Position numbers and translations under genes: made by a program | The notes under the pieces: generated by a model | Seen by the model: the letters and a program-made list of their open reading frames with translations, nothing else | The model's database searches: none | Told to the model about the DNA's origin: nothing | Shown: positions 39,238-47,862 of the stretch, piece by piece | Numbering within the stretch: the first letter of the stretch is position 1 | How the letters are laid out: every line of letters begins with the position of its first letter | Assembly: GCA_963731735.1 (NCBI GenBank) | Contig: CAVSWO010000002.1 | Span: 564,257 to 628,256, forward strand | Length of the DNA: 64,000 nt | Origin: Candidatus Kerfeldbacteria bacterium | GTDB lineage: Bacteria; Patescibacteriota; Patescibacteriia; SBBC01; CAIJZX01 | Direction: 5' to 3'

Positions 39238-40560
39238 ATGCATTTGCGCCGCGGCTCAACATCACTCATTCCGGTTCTGGCCACATTTTTCTCCGTGGCC
39301 GCCTTTGTGTTGGTGATGTGGTTCGCGTTGCCGAAGCATGACGCGACGGTAAAAGAAAACGCGAATACGACGGTTATTTCGAACACCAATCTCGCAAACA
39401 CTTCTCCGGCTGAAACGTCGAATGAAAACACCAATCTAGCCGAAGAAATTGCGCCTAGCTATAACTCCCCGACAGGTCCGTTTACCGTCAGTACCGCAAA
39501 AATTTTAGCCACGGCGTTTCGCCGGTCAAATGACCAGCTGGTAACCCATCTATTGAAAGTTGATGTGACGACAGGCAATACGTCAACCGAAGCCTCATTA
39601 CGGACACCAGATATTCAAGCGGCGGCCGGGTTACCGGCTTTGCCAAACAGTCCGAACCTGGTTCGATTCGGCACCGATGGTGACAGCATCGTCTTCGTCG
39701 CCAATGTGAGCAACCCGCCGGCGGTTGGAATTTACCGTACCAGTTTTTCAGATTCTACCAAAATTGAAACGCTGGTGCAGTATGATCAGAACAATCTGTA
39801 CAATGATGACATTCCAACTATCAGCGACTTACGGTTTCATGCCGAGACGAATACCGTCGCGTTTGTTATCGCCGGACAAGCGGATACGGACAACAATGAC
39901 CTCATGGTCATGAATGCCCTAGATAAACATGTCCGTAAACTTACAAGCTATCCGAATGCACCGGCCCTGGTGGGGTTCCCTGGCAATGGCGCGCAAGTTG
40001 AAGTGCTGTGGCAAGATGTCCAAAAGAACAGTGACAGTCCGATCGGAAAATGGCAGATGGACCAGATTCGACTGAGCGATGATCAGGTTGTAAAAACCAC
40101 CCTGGTCATAGATGAAGGCGCCGTCGGACAGGATGTGTATTTAACCGGAGACAATATTTCTCCGAATAATAATTTGGTTGGTACCAGCGTCTACGCCAAA
40201 GATCAGCGGAAAACTTCGTTATGGTTCCGGAACCTGGCTGACGGCCAAGTTACCGCCCTTTTTCCCGATGGCTATTATGGTGGCAATTTCATCTGGGCGC
40301 CTGATTCGGGCAAGATTGTCTATCAGACAAATAGTACGGGAATCCTTTTTGACCTCGCTAAAGCCAAGGTTGGTGAAATAAAAAACTTTGGCTCGGGGGT
40401 ACTGTGGTATCCGGGCCCATACCTCATTTACTCGGATACCAGCGGAGATTTTTACAGTTATTCGATATCTTCGGGTAAGAGCGTGAAACTGGCTGACCTT
40501 AACCCGTCATACGGATATGGCAGCGGGGGTTTACTGGGAAAAGACTGGGTGAATCGATAA
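39238..40560 (+). CDS. Signal-anchored protein with beta-propeller-like (TolB-like?) ectodomain
   Basis: N-terminus IPVLATFFSVAAFVLVMWFAL is a paralog of the 38162 gene's N-terminus. C-terminal repeats resemble WD40-like beta-propeller blades (tentative). Confidence 0.6.
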   Translation: MHLRRGSTSLIPVLATFFSVAAFVLVMWFALPKHDATVKENANTTVISNTNLANTSPAETSNENTNLAEEIAPSYNSPTGPFTVSTAKILATAFRRSNDQLVTHLLKVDVTTGNTSTEASLRTPDIQAAAGLPALPNSPNLVRFGTDGDSIVFVANVSNPPAVGIYRTSFSDSTKIETLVQYDQNNLYNDDIPTISDLRFHAETNTVAFVIAGQADTDNNDLMVMNALDKHVRKLTSYPNAPALVGFPGNGAQVEVLWQDVQKNSDSPIGKWQMDQIRLSDDQVVKTTLVIDEGAVGQDVYLTGDNISPNNNLVGTSVYAKDQRKTSLWFRNLADGQVTALFPDGYYGGNFIWAPDSGKIVYQTNSTGILFDLAKAKVGEIKNFGSGVLWYPGPYLIYSDTSGDFYSYSISSGKSVKLADLNPSYGYGSGGLLGKDWVNR

Positions 40561-40561
40561 C

Positions 40562-41171
40562 ATGCGCCGAGAACCAATCTGGCTGATGCCAATCCTGGTC
40601 GGGATTGGGTTGGTTATCGTCCTCGGCGGTACCTGGGCATTTTTCGGCCGCCAGGCAACGAACCTGACCACGCAGCCGGTGGCCTGTTCGCGTGAAGCAA
40701 AAATTTGTCCGGACGGATCAACGGTTGGGCGAGCCGGACCGGATTGTGCCTTTACCCTCTGTCCGGACGAGATCCAGATTACCAACTTTGCGGAATGCGC
40801 CGCGGCCGGCTATCAAATTACCGAGTCGTCGCCCCGACAATGTAGCGCGAACCACCAGACATTTGTCGAGCAAACGACTAATCGCTAATCTCTCGAAACA
40901 GCCGGTCGCCAAAGACGGCTGCCTGATCACCGGGTGCAGCGGTCAAGTTTGCAGCCGCCAGCCGGTTACCACTGACTGTACCTATACAGCTGCCTACGCC
41001 TGTTACCAAACAGCTTTTGCGGTTTGTGCCCAGCAATCCGACGGCCAATGCGGTTGGACGCAAAATGATGGACTGGTGGCCTGCCTGCAAGCTCACGGCG
41101 GGTACACCACCAACGGGCAAGTCTTAGGCAGCGAAGATATCGGGATACAGTCCGGGACCGTCAAATATTGA
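40562..41171 (+). pseudogene. Cys-rich secreted repeat protein apparently split by a +1 frameshift (ORFs 40562-40888 and ...41171)
   Basis: Two successive Cys-rich modules both begin with QPVA. The second ORF has no start codon or signal peptide of its own, and the first ends at TAA 40886-40888. Confidence 0.4.
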
Positions 41172-41205
41172 ACTTGACCCACAAGTCTGCTAGACTCCGG
41201 GCGTG

Positions 41206-42328
41206 ATGCAAGATCTCGTAAAACGTCTGGACCACCTCCGGGAGCGCCTTGAAGCTTCTCGGAGGTTACTTTGACCTCGGTCAGAAGCAGCAACAGGTAG
41301 GTGAACTTGAGGAGGCGATGAGTCAGCCGGATTTTTGGTCTGATCGAGCGCAAGCGGAAAAACAGAGTAAGCGCCTAAGCGATCTCAAAGCTGAGGTTGA
41401 AGCTTGGGGAACCATCGAGAAAGATTTAACCGCCTGGTCGGAGTTAGCCGCAATCGCGGAAGATTCGCAGCGTTCGGAAGTCGAGCGGCATGTGCAGGAA
41501 CTTGAGGAGCGGTGGTCGCAGCTTGAGCTGTCCGTTTTATTGCATCAGCCGTATGATGACCGCAACGCCATCTTGGCGGTTCACGCGGGAGCGGGCGGAA
41601 CGGATGCGCAGGACTGGACGGCGATGTTGCTCCGGATGTTTTTACGATTCTGCGAACAGCGGGGCTGGCGGACTCGGGTGGTGGACGAATCGCGCGGTGG
41701 TGAGGCTGGCTTGAAAAGCGCGACGGTTGAAGTGCGGGGACGCAATGCCTACGGATATCTCAAAAGCGAAGCGGGTGTCCACCGGTTGGTTCGAATTTCA
41801 CCTTTCGACGCCGAGGGCATGCGCCACACTTCATTTGCTCTGGTGGAAGTCGTGCCGGAACTGGAAGAGGTTGATGAGGAGGTGACGATTGATCCGAAAG
41901 ATCTGCGGATTGATACGTTCCTGGCCTCGGGACACGGCGGGCAGGGCGTCCAGACGACCTACTCGGCTGTCCGAGTGGTTCACCTGCCAACCAAAATTAC
42001 GGTCTCGGTTCAGAATGAACGCAGCCAGCAACAAAACAAAGAAACCGCCCTGAAAATCTTGAAGGCCAAACTGCATCAGATTGAAATCGAAAAACAGGAA
42101 GCTGAAAAATCACAGCTCCGCGGCGAGTATCATGAAGCGGCCTGGGGGAATCAAATTCGTTCTTACGTGATGCAACCGTACCGGCTGGTCAAAGACCATC
42201 GCACCAAGCACGAAACAGCCCAGGTGGAAAAAGTATTGGATGGTGACCTGTTAGGATTTGTTGAAAGTTATTTGCGCTGGAACGCTGAAGGCCGACCGAA
42301 GCGGACGAGTAACGACCAAGACGACTAG
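41206..42328 (+). CDS. prfB: Peptide chain release factor 2 with programmed +1 ribosomal frameshift
   Basis: Frame 0 reads MQDLVKRLDHLRERLEASRRLL then UGA. The shift site AGG TTA CTT TGA C (41263-41275) has an upstream SD-like GGAGG. Downstream frame: DLGQKQ...SPFDAEGMRHTSF...GGQGVQTT (GGQ motif). Confidence 0.85.
41261..41277 (+). other. prfB +1 frameshift site (CUU UGA C with internal SD-like GGAGG)
   Basis: Canonical RF2 autoregulatory motif, seen directly in the sequence. Confidence 0.8.
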
Positions 42329-42372
42329 GAATTGACAATCCCAGAATATTTCGCTATTCTGGTGCCACAAAC

Positions 42373-43794
42373 TTGGTGGCGGAGCAACTTATGCCTCGGT
42401 CGTTTTTATTTGCAGCCCTGATTGGTTTTTGCGGCGGGATTGTCCTGGCCGAATTTTGGCGTGCCTCGACGTTGATGATACTGGCTGCGCTCATGATCGC
42501 AATCGGGCTGTCATGGAGTCGACGCTGGCGGTTCGGCAGCATCTTGATTGTCGCCTGTCTGATTGGCCTGCTGCGATGGCAAGGCTGGATCGTCCCAACC
42601 ACAAACGACCTGACGCAGTTCACCAATCAAACCATTCTCGTCCAAGGCGATGTGCTCGACAGCCCGACTCCGCGGGAGTCGCAACAGGAGTTTGTGCTGA
42701 CACAGATTTGGGTTGACGGTCAACGCCAAACCGGCAGCTTGTCGGTGCGGTTACCGCAGTATCCGGCGGTGTTAATCGGCGACCGGTTGACGCTTGGATG
42801 TACGGTTACACCGTTTAGTGCCGTCAGCGCCTTACGGCAACGGATGCACGGATTGCGGGGGTATTGCCGCAATCCAGAAATTCGGGGTCGCGCCACCGCT
42901 CCGAACAGCCTCCGTTTGATGCTCGGCCGGATCAAGCAATTCGCCATAGACCGTATCGCCCGGACCTTTCCTGAACCGCAATCTTCGTTACTGACCGGAA
43001 TTCTGCTCGGCCGTCAGGTGCCGATGCCGCCGGATATCGATCAAGCGTTTCGTGCCACCGGCACCACGCACATTATCGCGCTGTCCGGTTTCAACGTTAC
43101 CATGATAATCACCGCAATTTCCGCGGCCTGTATTAAGATCATCGGCCGGCGCTGGGCCTGGTTGCCGGCCCTGCTATTCGTAATCGGCTTCGTGATCATG
43201 ACCGGCGCTTCGGCTTCGGTGACGCGGGCGGGGGTGATGTCGAGTTTTGTGGTTGTCGCTCTACGGATTGGCCGGCCAGTCTCGATGGTGCGGCTACTGA
43301 GTTATACCTTACTGGCCATGGTTTGGCATAATCCGCTGGTGCTGGCGCATGATTTGGGATTTCAATTGTCCTTTTTGGCGACCCTGGGCTTGGTGTACGC
43401 CGCGCCAGCCTGGCAAACCTGGTTGGCGCGGCTGCCGGCCGCGCTTGGCATCCGCGAGAATTTCAGCACCACCCTGGGCGCGATTACGCTCACCGACCCG
43501 CTGCTGCTCTGGAATTTTGCACGGGTATCGATGGTTGCGCCGCTGGTCAACGTAATAATTTTACCGCTGATTCCGTTGGCCATGGCAGCCGGATTTATTG
43601 CCCTGGCATTGCCGGTCCTCTGGCCGTTCGCGGACGCCGTTTTGCGATTGGTGCTGGCCTGTATTACCTGGGGCGCGGCCTTGCCAGTGGCTACCCGCCA
43701 AGTCAGCGGCGCCGTGGCGGCTATGGTTGGATTGGGCGTGACTTTGATCGCGACCTTGAGTATCCGAAAAACACATGTCTTGGCGTCGCGCTAG
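42373..43794 (+). CDS. comEC: ComEC/Rec2 competence channel protein (N-terminal DUF4131 plus competence domain)
   Basis: Polytopic membrane protein with a HIIALSGFNVTMI motif, 473 aa. Confidence 0.7.
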   Translation: MVAEQLMPRSFLFAALIGFCGGIVLAEFWRASTLMILAALMIAIGLSWSRRWRFGSILIVACLIGLLRWQGWIVPTTNDLTQFTNQTILVQGDVLDSPTPRESQQEFVLTQIWVDGQRQTGSLSVRLPQYPAVLIGDRLTLGCTVTPFSAVSALRQRMHGLRGYCRNPEIRGRATAPNSLRLMLGRIKQFAIDRIARTFPEPQSSLLTGILLGRQVPMPPDIDQAFRATGTTHIIALSGFNVTMIITAISAACIKIIGRRWAWLPALLFVIGFVIMTGASASVTRAGVMSSFVVVALRIGRPVSMVRLLSYTLLAMVWHNPLVLAHDLGFQLSFLATLGLVYAAPAWQTWLARLPAALGIRENFSTTLGAITLTDPLLLWNFARVSMVAPLVNVIILPLIPLAMAAGFIALALPVLWPFADAVLRLVLACITWGAALPVATRQVSGAVAAMVGLGVTLIATLSIRKTHVLASR

Positions 43795-44650
43795 CCTGAT
43801 AGGGGCAATCCTCCTGGGGTTGTGTGTCGGCGGCTGGTTTGTGTTGGCCAACCATCCGCCAGCCGGTGCACCTGCGTGCAAATTTATCGTCCTTGATGTC
43901 GGCCAGGGAGACGCCCTGCTACTGCAAACGCCCGACGGAAATGACATGTTGGTTGATGGGGGACCGAGCGCACAAGTGGTTGAGTTGCTTCCAAAATATT
44001 TAGGTCCGGGTAATAATGATTTGGAATTGGTAGTCTTAACCCATCCGGATAGCGATCATTTACGCGGCCTGGTATCGGTGATAGAACGCTTCAAAATTAC
44101 CACCCTGCTGGCGAGTGATGTTTCAAATCCGACCGCCCTATATCATGCCTGGCAACAAGGATTGCATACGCAAGGACTCCAACCGCAACTTGTCCATCAG
44201 GGCCAGCAATTTCAATTGGGAAAATATCTGCATCTGACGGTACTATGGCCGCCACCCGGATCAGGTTGGAAAGTGAGTGGGGCGGGCACACCGACCAATG
44301 ACGGATCAGTCAGTCTGCATGTGACTTGTGCCGGCAGCACAATTACCATGACCGGCGATGCTTCGAGCGCGGTGGAAGACCGGATAATCGCCAGCGGCCT
44401 CGACATCCATTCCAGTTTGCTCAAAGTCGGCCATCACGGTTCACGGACTTCCTCGAGTCACGCCTACCTGCAAGCGGTCCATCCCGATTTGGCGGTGATT
44501 TCGGTGGGGGCGGAAAATCGTTACGGTCATCCGCACCCGACTACCCTTCGTCGTTTTGCGTATTTCCACATTCGGGTGCTTCGGACGGACCAACGTGGTA
44601 CGATTGTACTTGTTACTGATGGGCACGGGGGTTGGCGCATCCAACCTTGA
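43775..44650 (+). CDS. Metallo-beta-lactamase-fold domain protein (ComEC C-terminal domain, encoded as a separate overlapping ORF)
   Basis: VLDVGQGDALLL, HPDSDHLRGL (HxHxDH) and KVGHHGS. It overlaps comEC by 20 nt in a different frame. Confidence 0.65.
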   Translation: MSWRRASLIGAILLGLCVGGWFVLANHPPAGAPACKFIVLDVGQGDALLLQTPDGNDMLVDGGPSAQVVELLPKYLGPGNNDLELVVLTHPDSDHLRGLVSVIERFKITTLLASDVSNPTALYHAWQQGLHTQGLQPQLVHQGQQFQLGKYLHLTVLWPPPGSGWKVSGAGTPTNDGSVSLHVTCAGSTITMTGDASSAVEDRIIASGLDIHSSLLKVGHHGSRTSSSHAYLQAVHPDLAVISVGAENRYGHPHPTTLRRFAYFHIRVLRTDQRGTIVLVTDGHGGWRIQP

Positions 44651-44656
44651 CAAAAT

Positions 44657-44679
44657 GAGCAAACTATGGTAGTTTGCTC
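44657..44679. promoter_or_regulatory. Perfect palindrome GAGCAAACTA-tgg-TAGTTTGCTC overlapping a TTGACA -35 hexamer
   Basis: 10-bp perfect inverted repeat directly after the comEC-MBL stop and before the SPFH cassette. It could be an operator or terminator. Confidence 0.4.
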
Positions 44680-44768
44680 GGTCAATGCTACGCACGTTCT
44701 TGTTGAATTCATAGCTATTTGACAACACATAACTCAAGCAACTCTCGCGAAGAGAGGAGGAGAGGTCA

Positions 44769-46253
44769 ATGGCAACAGCGCTGGTGTTTCTTTTCGTGCT
44801 GGCCATTCTGTTTGGTGGGTATTTGGCCCTGAACTGGACCTTGTACGCACTGGCAGATCGAGCTCAGCTAAACGCTCGTGGGCGAACGAACTTTGCCTAC
44901 GTCGTGGTCAAGGGATCGACCGTTCAACGAGTGGTCGTTATCCCGGTCAACGTGCAGCAACGCCAGTTCTATGAGGACATGGCGAAGGACAATTCCAGCT
45001 ACAAGATTCCCAGAGGAAAACCAGGACTGGTATGGGTTGGGTATCCGCCCAATATGTTCCAGCTCGCAAGCTGGGCACCCACGACCTACCATCAATACAC
45101 TCGCGGTGGTATTCGTCACGCCGTTCCGCTGAGCATTCTAAGGATCGACTTCCCGTTTCAGCCGACTGATGAAGAGCTCAAGGCACTGAACGCGAAAGCA
45201 GAAAAGGCGCGCGCCTCTTTTGAGGCGCGTGAGCGAAATCCAGGCCAGGCGCAGTCAATCGAACTGTCTTACCTGACCCCGGATGAAGCAGACAAGTTGC
45301 TGTACATTCCGAACGTTCGATCACAAGATCAGATCGAAATGAAAATCTGGGCCAAGGTCTACGTTATGATTCTTGACCCATACATTACCACTCAGGTCGC
45401 TGCCAACTTCGAAAACGACCTTCACGGTGTCATCGTTCCGCGAATCAGAAGCATTGCGGCCAGTAATGAGTTTATGGTCATTAATGCCACGGAGCAGAAT
45501 GGCAACGGACAGTCGAATTCGAATAAGGATGAATCGGCCGGTACGAATAAGGATGAATCGGCCGGTGTGGCTGAGTCCATCAAGAAGGAAATCGTTCGCT
45601 TCTCACGTGATGCAATGATTCAAACCATTGCTCGCCAGGTTCGTGAAGACGTCGGAGTGATGGAGAAGCAGCCACTCATCACTACCTACAAACAATACAA
45701 GGCCGAGTGCAAAAAGGCTGACACCAAGGGATCGAATGTTCTGAGGCGTGCACTGCGGGACTGGGGCATCTACATCATCGACATCGTGATCGAGGATGTG
45801 GAAGAAGCCAGCGGCGAGCTGAGTCAGGCGGCTGAAAAGTTTGCTAAGACTAAGCTCGAGCAGGCCGGTCGTCTCGTGACAGCCGAAACTACCCGCCGAG
45901 AGAAAATTCTCCTGGCTCAGGGTGATCAGGCAGCCACCGAGCATCGCATTCGTGGATTTGTACTCGGCAAGGATCCGAATCGCGAACTCACTCCTGATGG
46001 TCGAGCAGCATTCCTCGACTGGTTCTACAAGGACGCGTTGCGTGAAGGTATTAGTAAGGACGGCCGGACAATCCTGTATCAATGGCCGAATATGCCGGGG
46101 AACATGCAATCCATGGCCCCGGTCTACAACGATCTCAAGACCATGATTCAGGCGGCCATCGCAGCCGACCCGAGTCTGGCTGATCCCGAGAAGCTCATCA
46201 AGCATATCGAGTCGCTGCTTGGCGGCTCGAAACCGCCGGCAGCCTCCAGCTGA
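44769..46253 (+). CDS. SPFH/band-7 (stomatin/flotillin-like) domain membrane protein
   Basis: N-terminal TM, SPFH-like core (KVYVMILDPYITTQVAANFENDLHGVIVPRIRS) and a C-terminal coiled coil. Strong GAGGAGGAGAGG SD. Confidence 0.6.
   Translation: MATALVFLFVLAILFGGYLALNWTLYALADRAQLNARGRTNFAYVVVKGSTVQRVVVIPVNVQQRQFYEDMAKDNSSYKIPRGKPGLVWVGYPPNMFQLASWAPTTYHQYTRGGIRHAVPLSILRIDFPFQPTDEELKALNAKAEKARASFEARERNPGQAQSIELSYLTPDEADKLLYIPNVRSQDQIEMKIWAKVYVMILDPYITTQVAANFENDLHGVIVPRIRSIAASNEFMVINATEQNGNGQSNSNKDESAGTNKDESAGVAESIKKEIVRFSRDAMIQTIARQVREDVGVMEKQPLITTYKQYKAECKKADTKGSNVLRRALRDWGIYIIDIVIEDVEEASGELSQAAEKFAKTKLEQAGRLVTAETTRREKILLAQGDQAATEHRIRGFVLGKDPNRELTPDGRAAFLDWFYKDALREGISKDGRTILYQWPNMPGNMQSMAPVYNDLKTMIQAAIAADPSLADPEKLIKHIESLLGGSKPPAASS
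45521..45568 (+). repeat. 24-nt tandem duplication (2 copies) inside the SPFH gene encoding NKDESAGT/NKDESAGV
   Basis: gaataaggatgaatcggccggtac / gaataaggatgaatcggccggtgt. Confidence 0.7.
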
Positions 46254-46266
46254 TAGGAGGTTCCCT

Positions 46267-47652
46267 ATGCGGTTGACCTTGAAAGGGTGGCGAGCCGTGC
46301 TCGCCACCCTCCTCATCCCAATCCTTGGAGTCGTGATTCTTACGCTCCTCGGTATATGGGTGTGGTCGATTCCAAACCTGTGGGTTCGATTAGTTGTGGC
46401 AATATCATTGATCGGCTCACTCGTCATTGGTGTTCAGCGGTGGAAACACAGTTCTAGTTTTCACGACATCTCGGACTGGTACCTGAATCAAGCTCGCGAA
46501 GCAGCCCCGCACCTGAAGCGGGGGTGGGAGCAGCGTCCGAACTGGCTTATCCCAGGCGCAGTCATGTTACTTCTGGCTGCGATGATTACGCATGCGGTCA
46601 GAAAAAAGATATCCTTGCCGCATTTCGGCGACGTGGATTTCAAACCGATTGGCTGGGTTCTGTTGGCGATCGGTTCGCTGTGGCTGATTATCTGGGGGAT
46701 ACGAAAGCTGGTCAGGAGAAAGCCTACCCCGAAAAGCGATGATACAGGGTCGAAGACTGGAAATCTAGTCAAGACCAAATCCTGGTCGGGTCCTCCTTGG
46801 CAAGTTCAAATCCTGTTGATCATCCCCTTGGCCACCATGGTCGGTTGGACCATCGTCAGTTGGACTTTCGGCAGCCGAGATTGGTGGATGATTCCGACCT
46901 GCATATTTCTCTTCGTCCTGCTGCTGTTTGCGTACTGGGTCAGGTGGGATGCAGTTGGTGTCCAAACCCGAACCACGAGCGGAGGCGGGAACGCGATAAC
47001 GCCTTGGTTCGTACGCGTAATCGTACTGGTCGTCGTGCTCGGCATGGTGGTTGGTTCCAAGTTGATTTATGACTGGGCCATTCACGACAAGGAGATGACG
47101 ACACGTATCAACCCGGTGGCCGCGGTCACCGCCGTCAAGTTGGGAATTATTCAAGACCGGTATGTGCAAGATCCACAAGATGGTCTTGGTCAAGGGAGGC
47201 CGGACGATATCCAAATCCTCACGGACAGTACGCTCGTTTGGACGATTCGTCCTAGCGCAACGTGGTTAAGTGGCGGGATTGAACTGAATCCGGATGAGGT
47301 GGTTATCAAGGACACCCCTGACAGCGTTTTCACCGCCACAATTCCTGGTCTCGGTCGTCGTGTCTTCACCTTGAGCGGGTTATCTGATGGGCAACGTATC
47401 ATGCCTTCTGATATTCCGGACAAGAACATCAAGGACACCTGTCCGCGGACTTCCCAACCATTAGGAGCTTTGCTCTATCGATGGGATGACACCATGGGCC
47501 ACTTCATGGGTTCGGGCCGCCAAGCCTATGCTCCAGCCGCTCGGAAACACCGAGTATTGCGAGTGACCATCAATCTCCCGACCAACGCGGTAATCGGGAA
47601 TGGCGATGACGATCGTGTTGTCATCACCCTCAAGAAAATGAAACGTCCGTAA
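46267..47652 (+). CDS. Polytopic membrane protein with ~230-aa C-terminal soluble domain (possible NfeD-like SPFH partner; tentative)
   Basis: GGAGG-7-ATG. About 7 TM helices, then a beta-rich C-terminal domain. Operon partner of the SPFH gene. Confidence 0.55.
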   Translation: MRLTLKGWRAVLATLLIPILGVVILTLLGIWVWSIPNLWVRLVVAISLIGSLVIGVQRWKHSSSFHDISDWYLNQAREAAPHLKRGWEQRPNWLIPGAVMLLLAAMITHAVRKKISLPHFGDVDFKPIGWVLLAIGSLWLIIWGIRKLVRRKPTPKSDDTGSKTGNLVKTKSWSGPPWQVQILLIIPLATMVGWTIVSWTFGSRDWWMIPTCIFLFVLLLFAYWVRWDAVGVQTRTTSGGGNAITPWFVRVIVLVVVLGMVVGSKLIYDWAIHDKEMTTRINPVAAVTAVKLGIIQDRYVQDPQDGLGQGRPDDIQILTDSTLVWTIRPSATWLSGGIELNPDEVVIKDTPDSVFTATIPGLGRRVFTLSGLSDGQRIMPSDIPDKNIKDTCPRTSQPLGALLYRWDDTMGHFMGSGRQAYAPAARKHRVLRVTINLPTNAVIGNGDDDRVVITLKKMKRP

Positions 47653-47678
47653 CAGTCGTTTTGCTCATTTCTCAAACC

Positions 47679-47714
47679 GACGGGTTCTCACACAAGTGGG
47701 ACCCGTCTTTTTTT
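47679..47714 (+). terminator. Rho-independent terminator after the SPFH cassette
   Basis: Stem GACGGGT/ACCCGTC followed by TTTTTTT. Confidence 0.65.
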
Positions 47715-47770
47715 ATCCAGCCACAGACTGGACAAGCCGGGCCCGGAATGGTATTCTGCTGCAGTCTTGT

Positions 47771-47848
47771 GGACCCGTGGTGTAGCCCGGTTAACACGTC
47801 TCCCTGTCACGGAGAAGATCGAGGGTTCGAATCCCTTCGGGTCCGCCA
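47771..47848 (+). tRNA. tRNA-Asp (anticodon GUC)
   Basis: Manual fold: acceptor GGACCCG/CGGGTCC, anticodon stem TCTCC/GGAGA with loop CTGTCAC, T-arm GAGGG-TTCGAAT-CCCTT, encoded CCA. Confidence 0.8.
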
Positions 47849-47862
47849 CTCGACTCGTCCAT

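Noticed and set aside
45603-46427. 274-aa minus-strand ORF across the SPFH/membrane gene junction
   Set aside because: It is antisense to two plus-strand genes that have strong SD sequences and recognisable domains.
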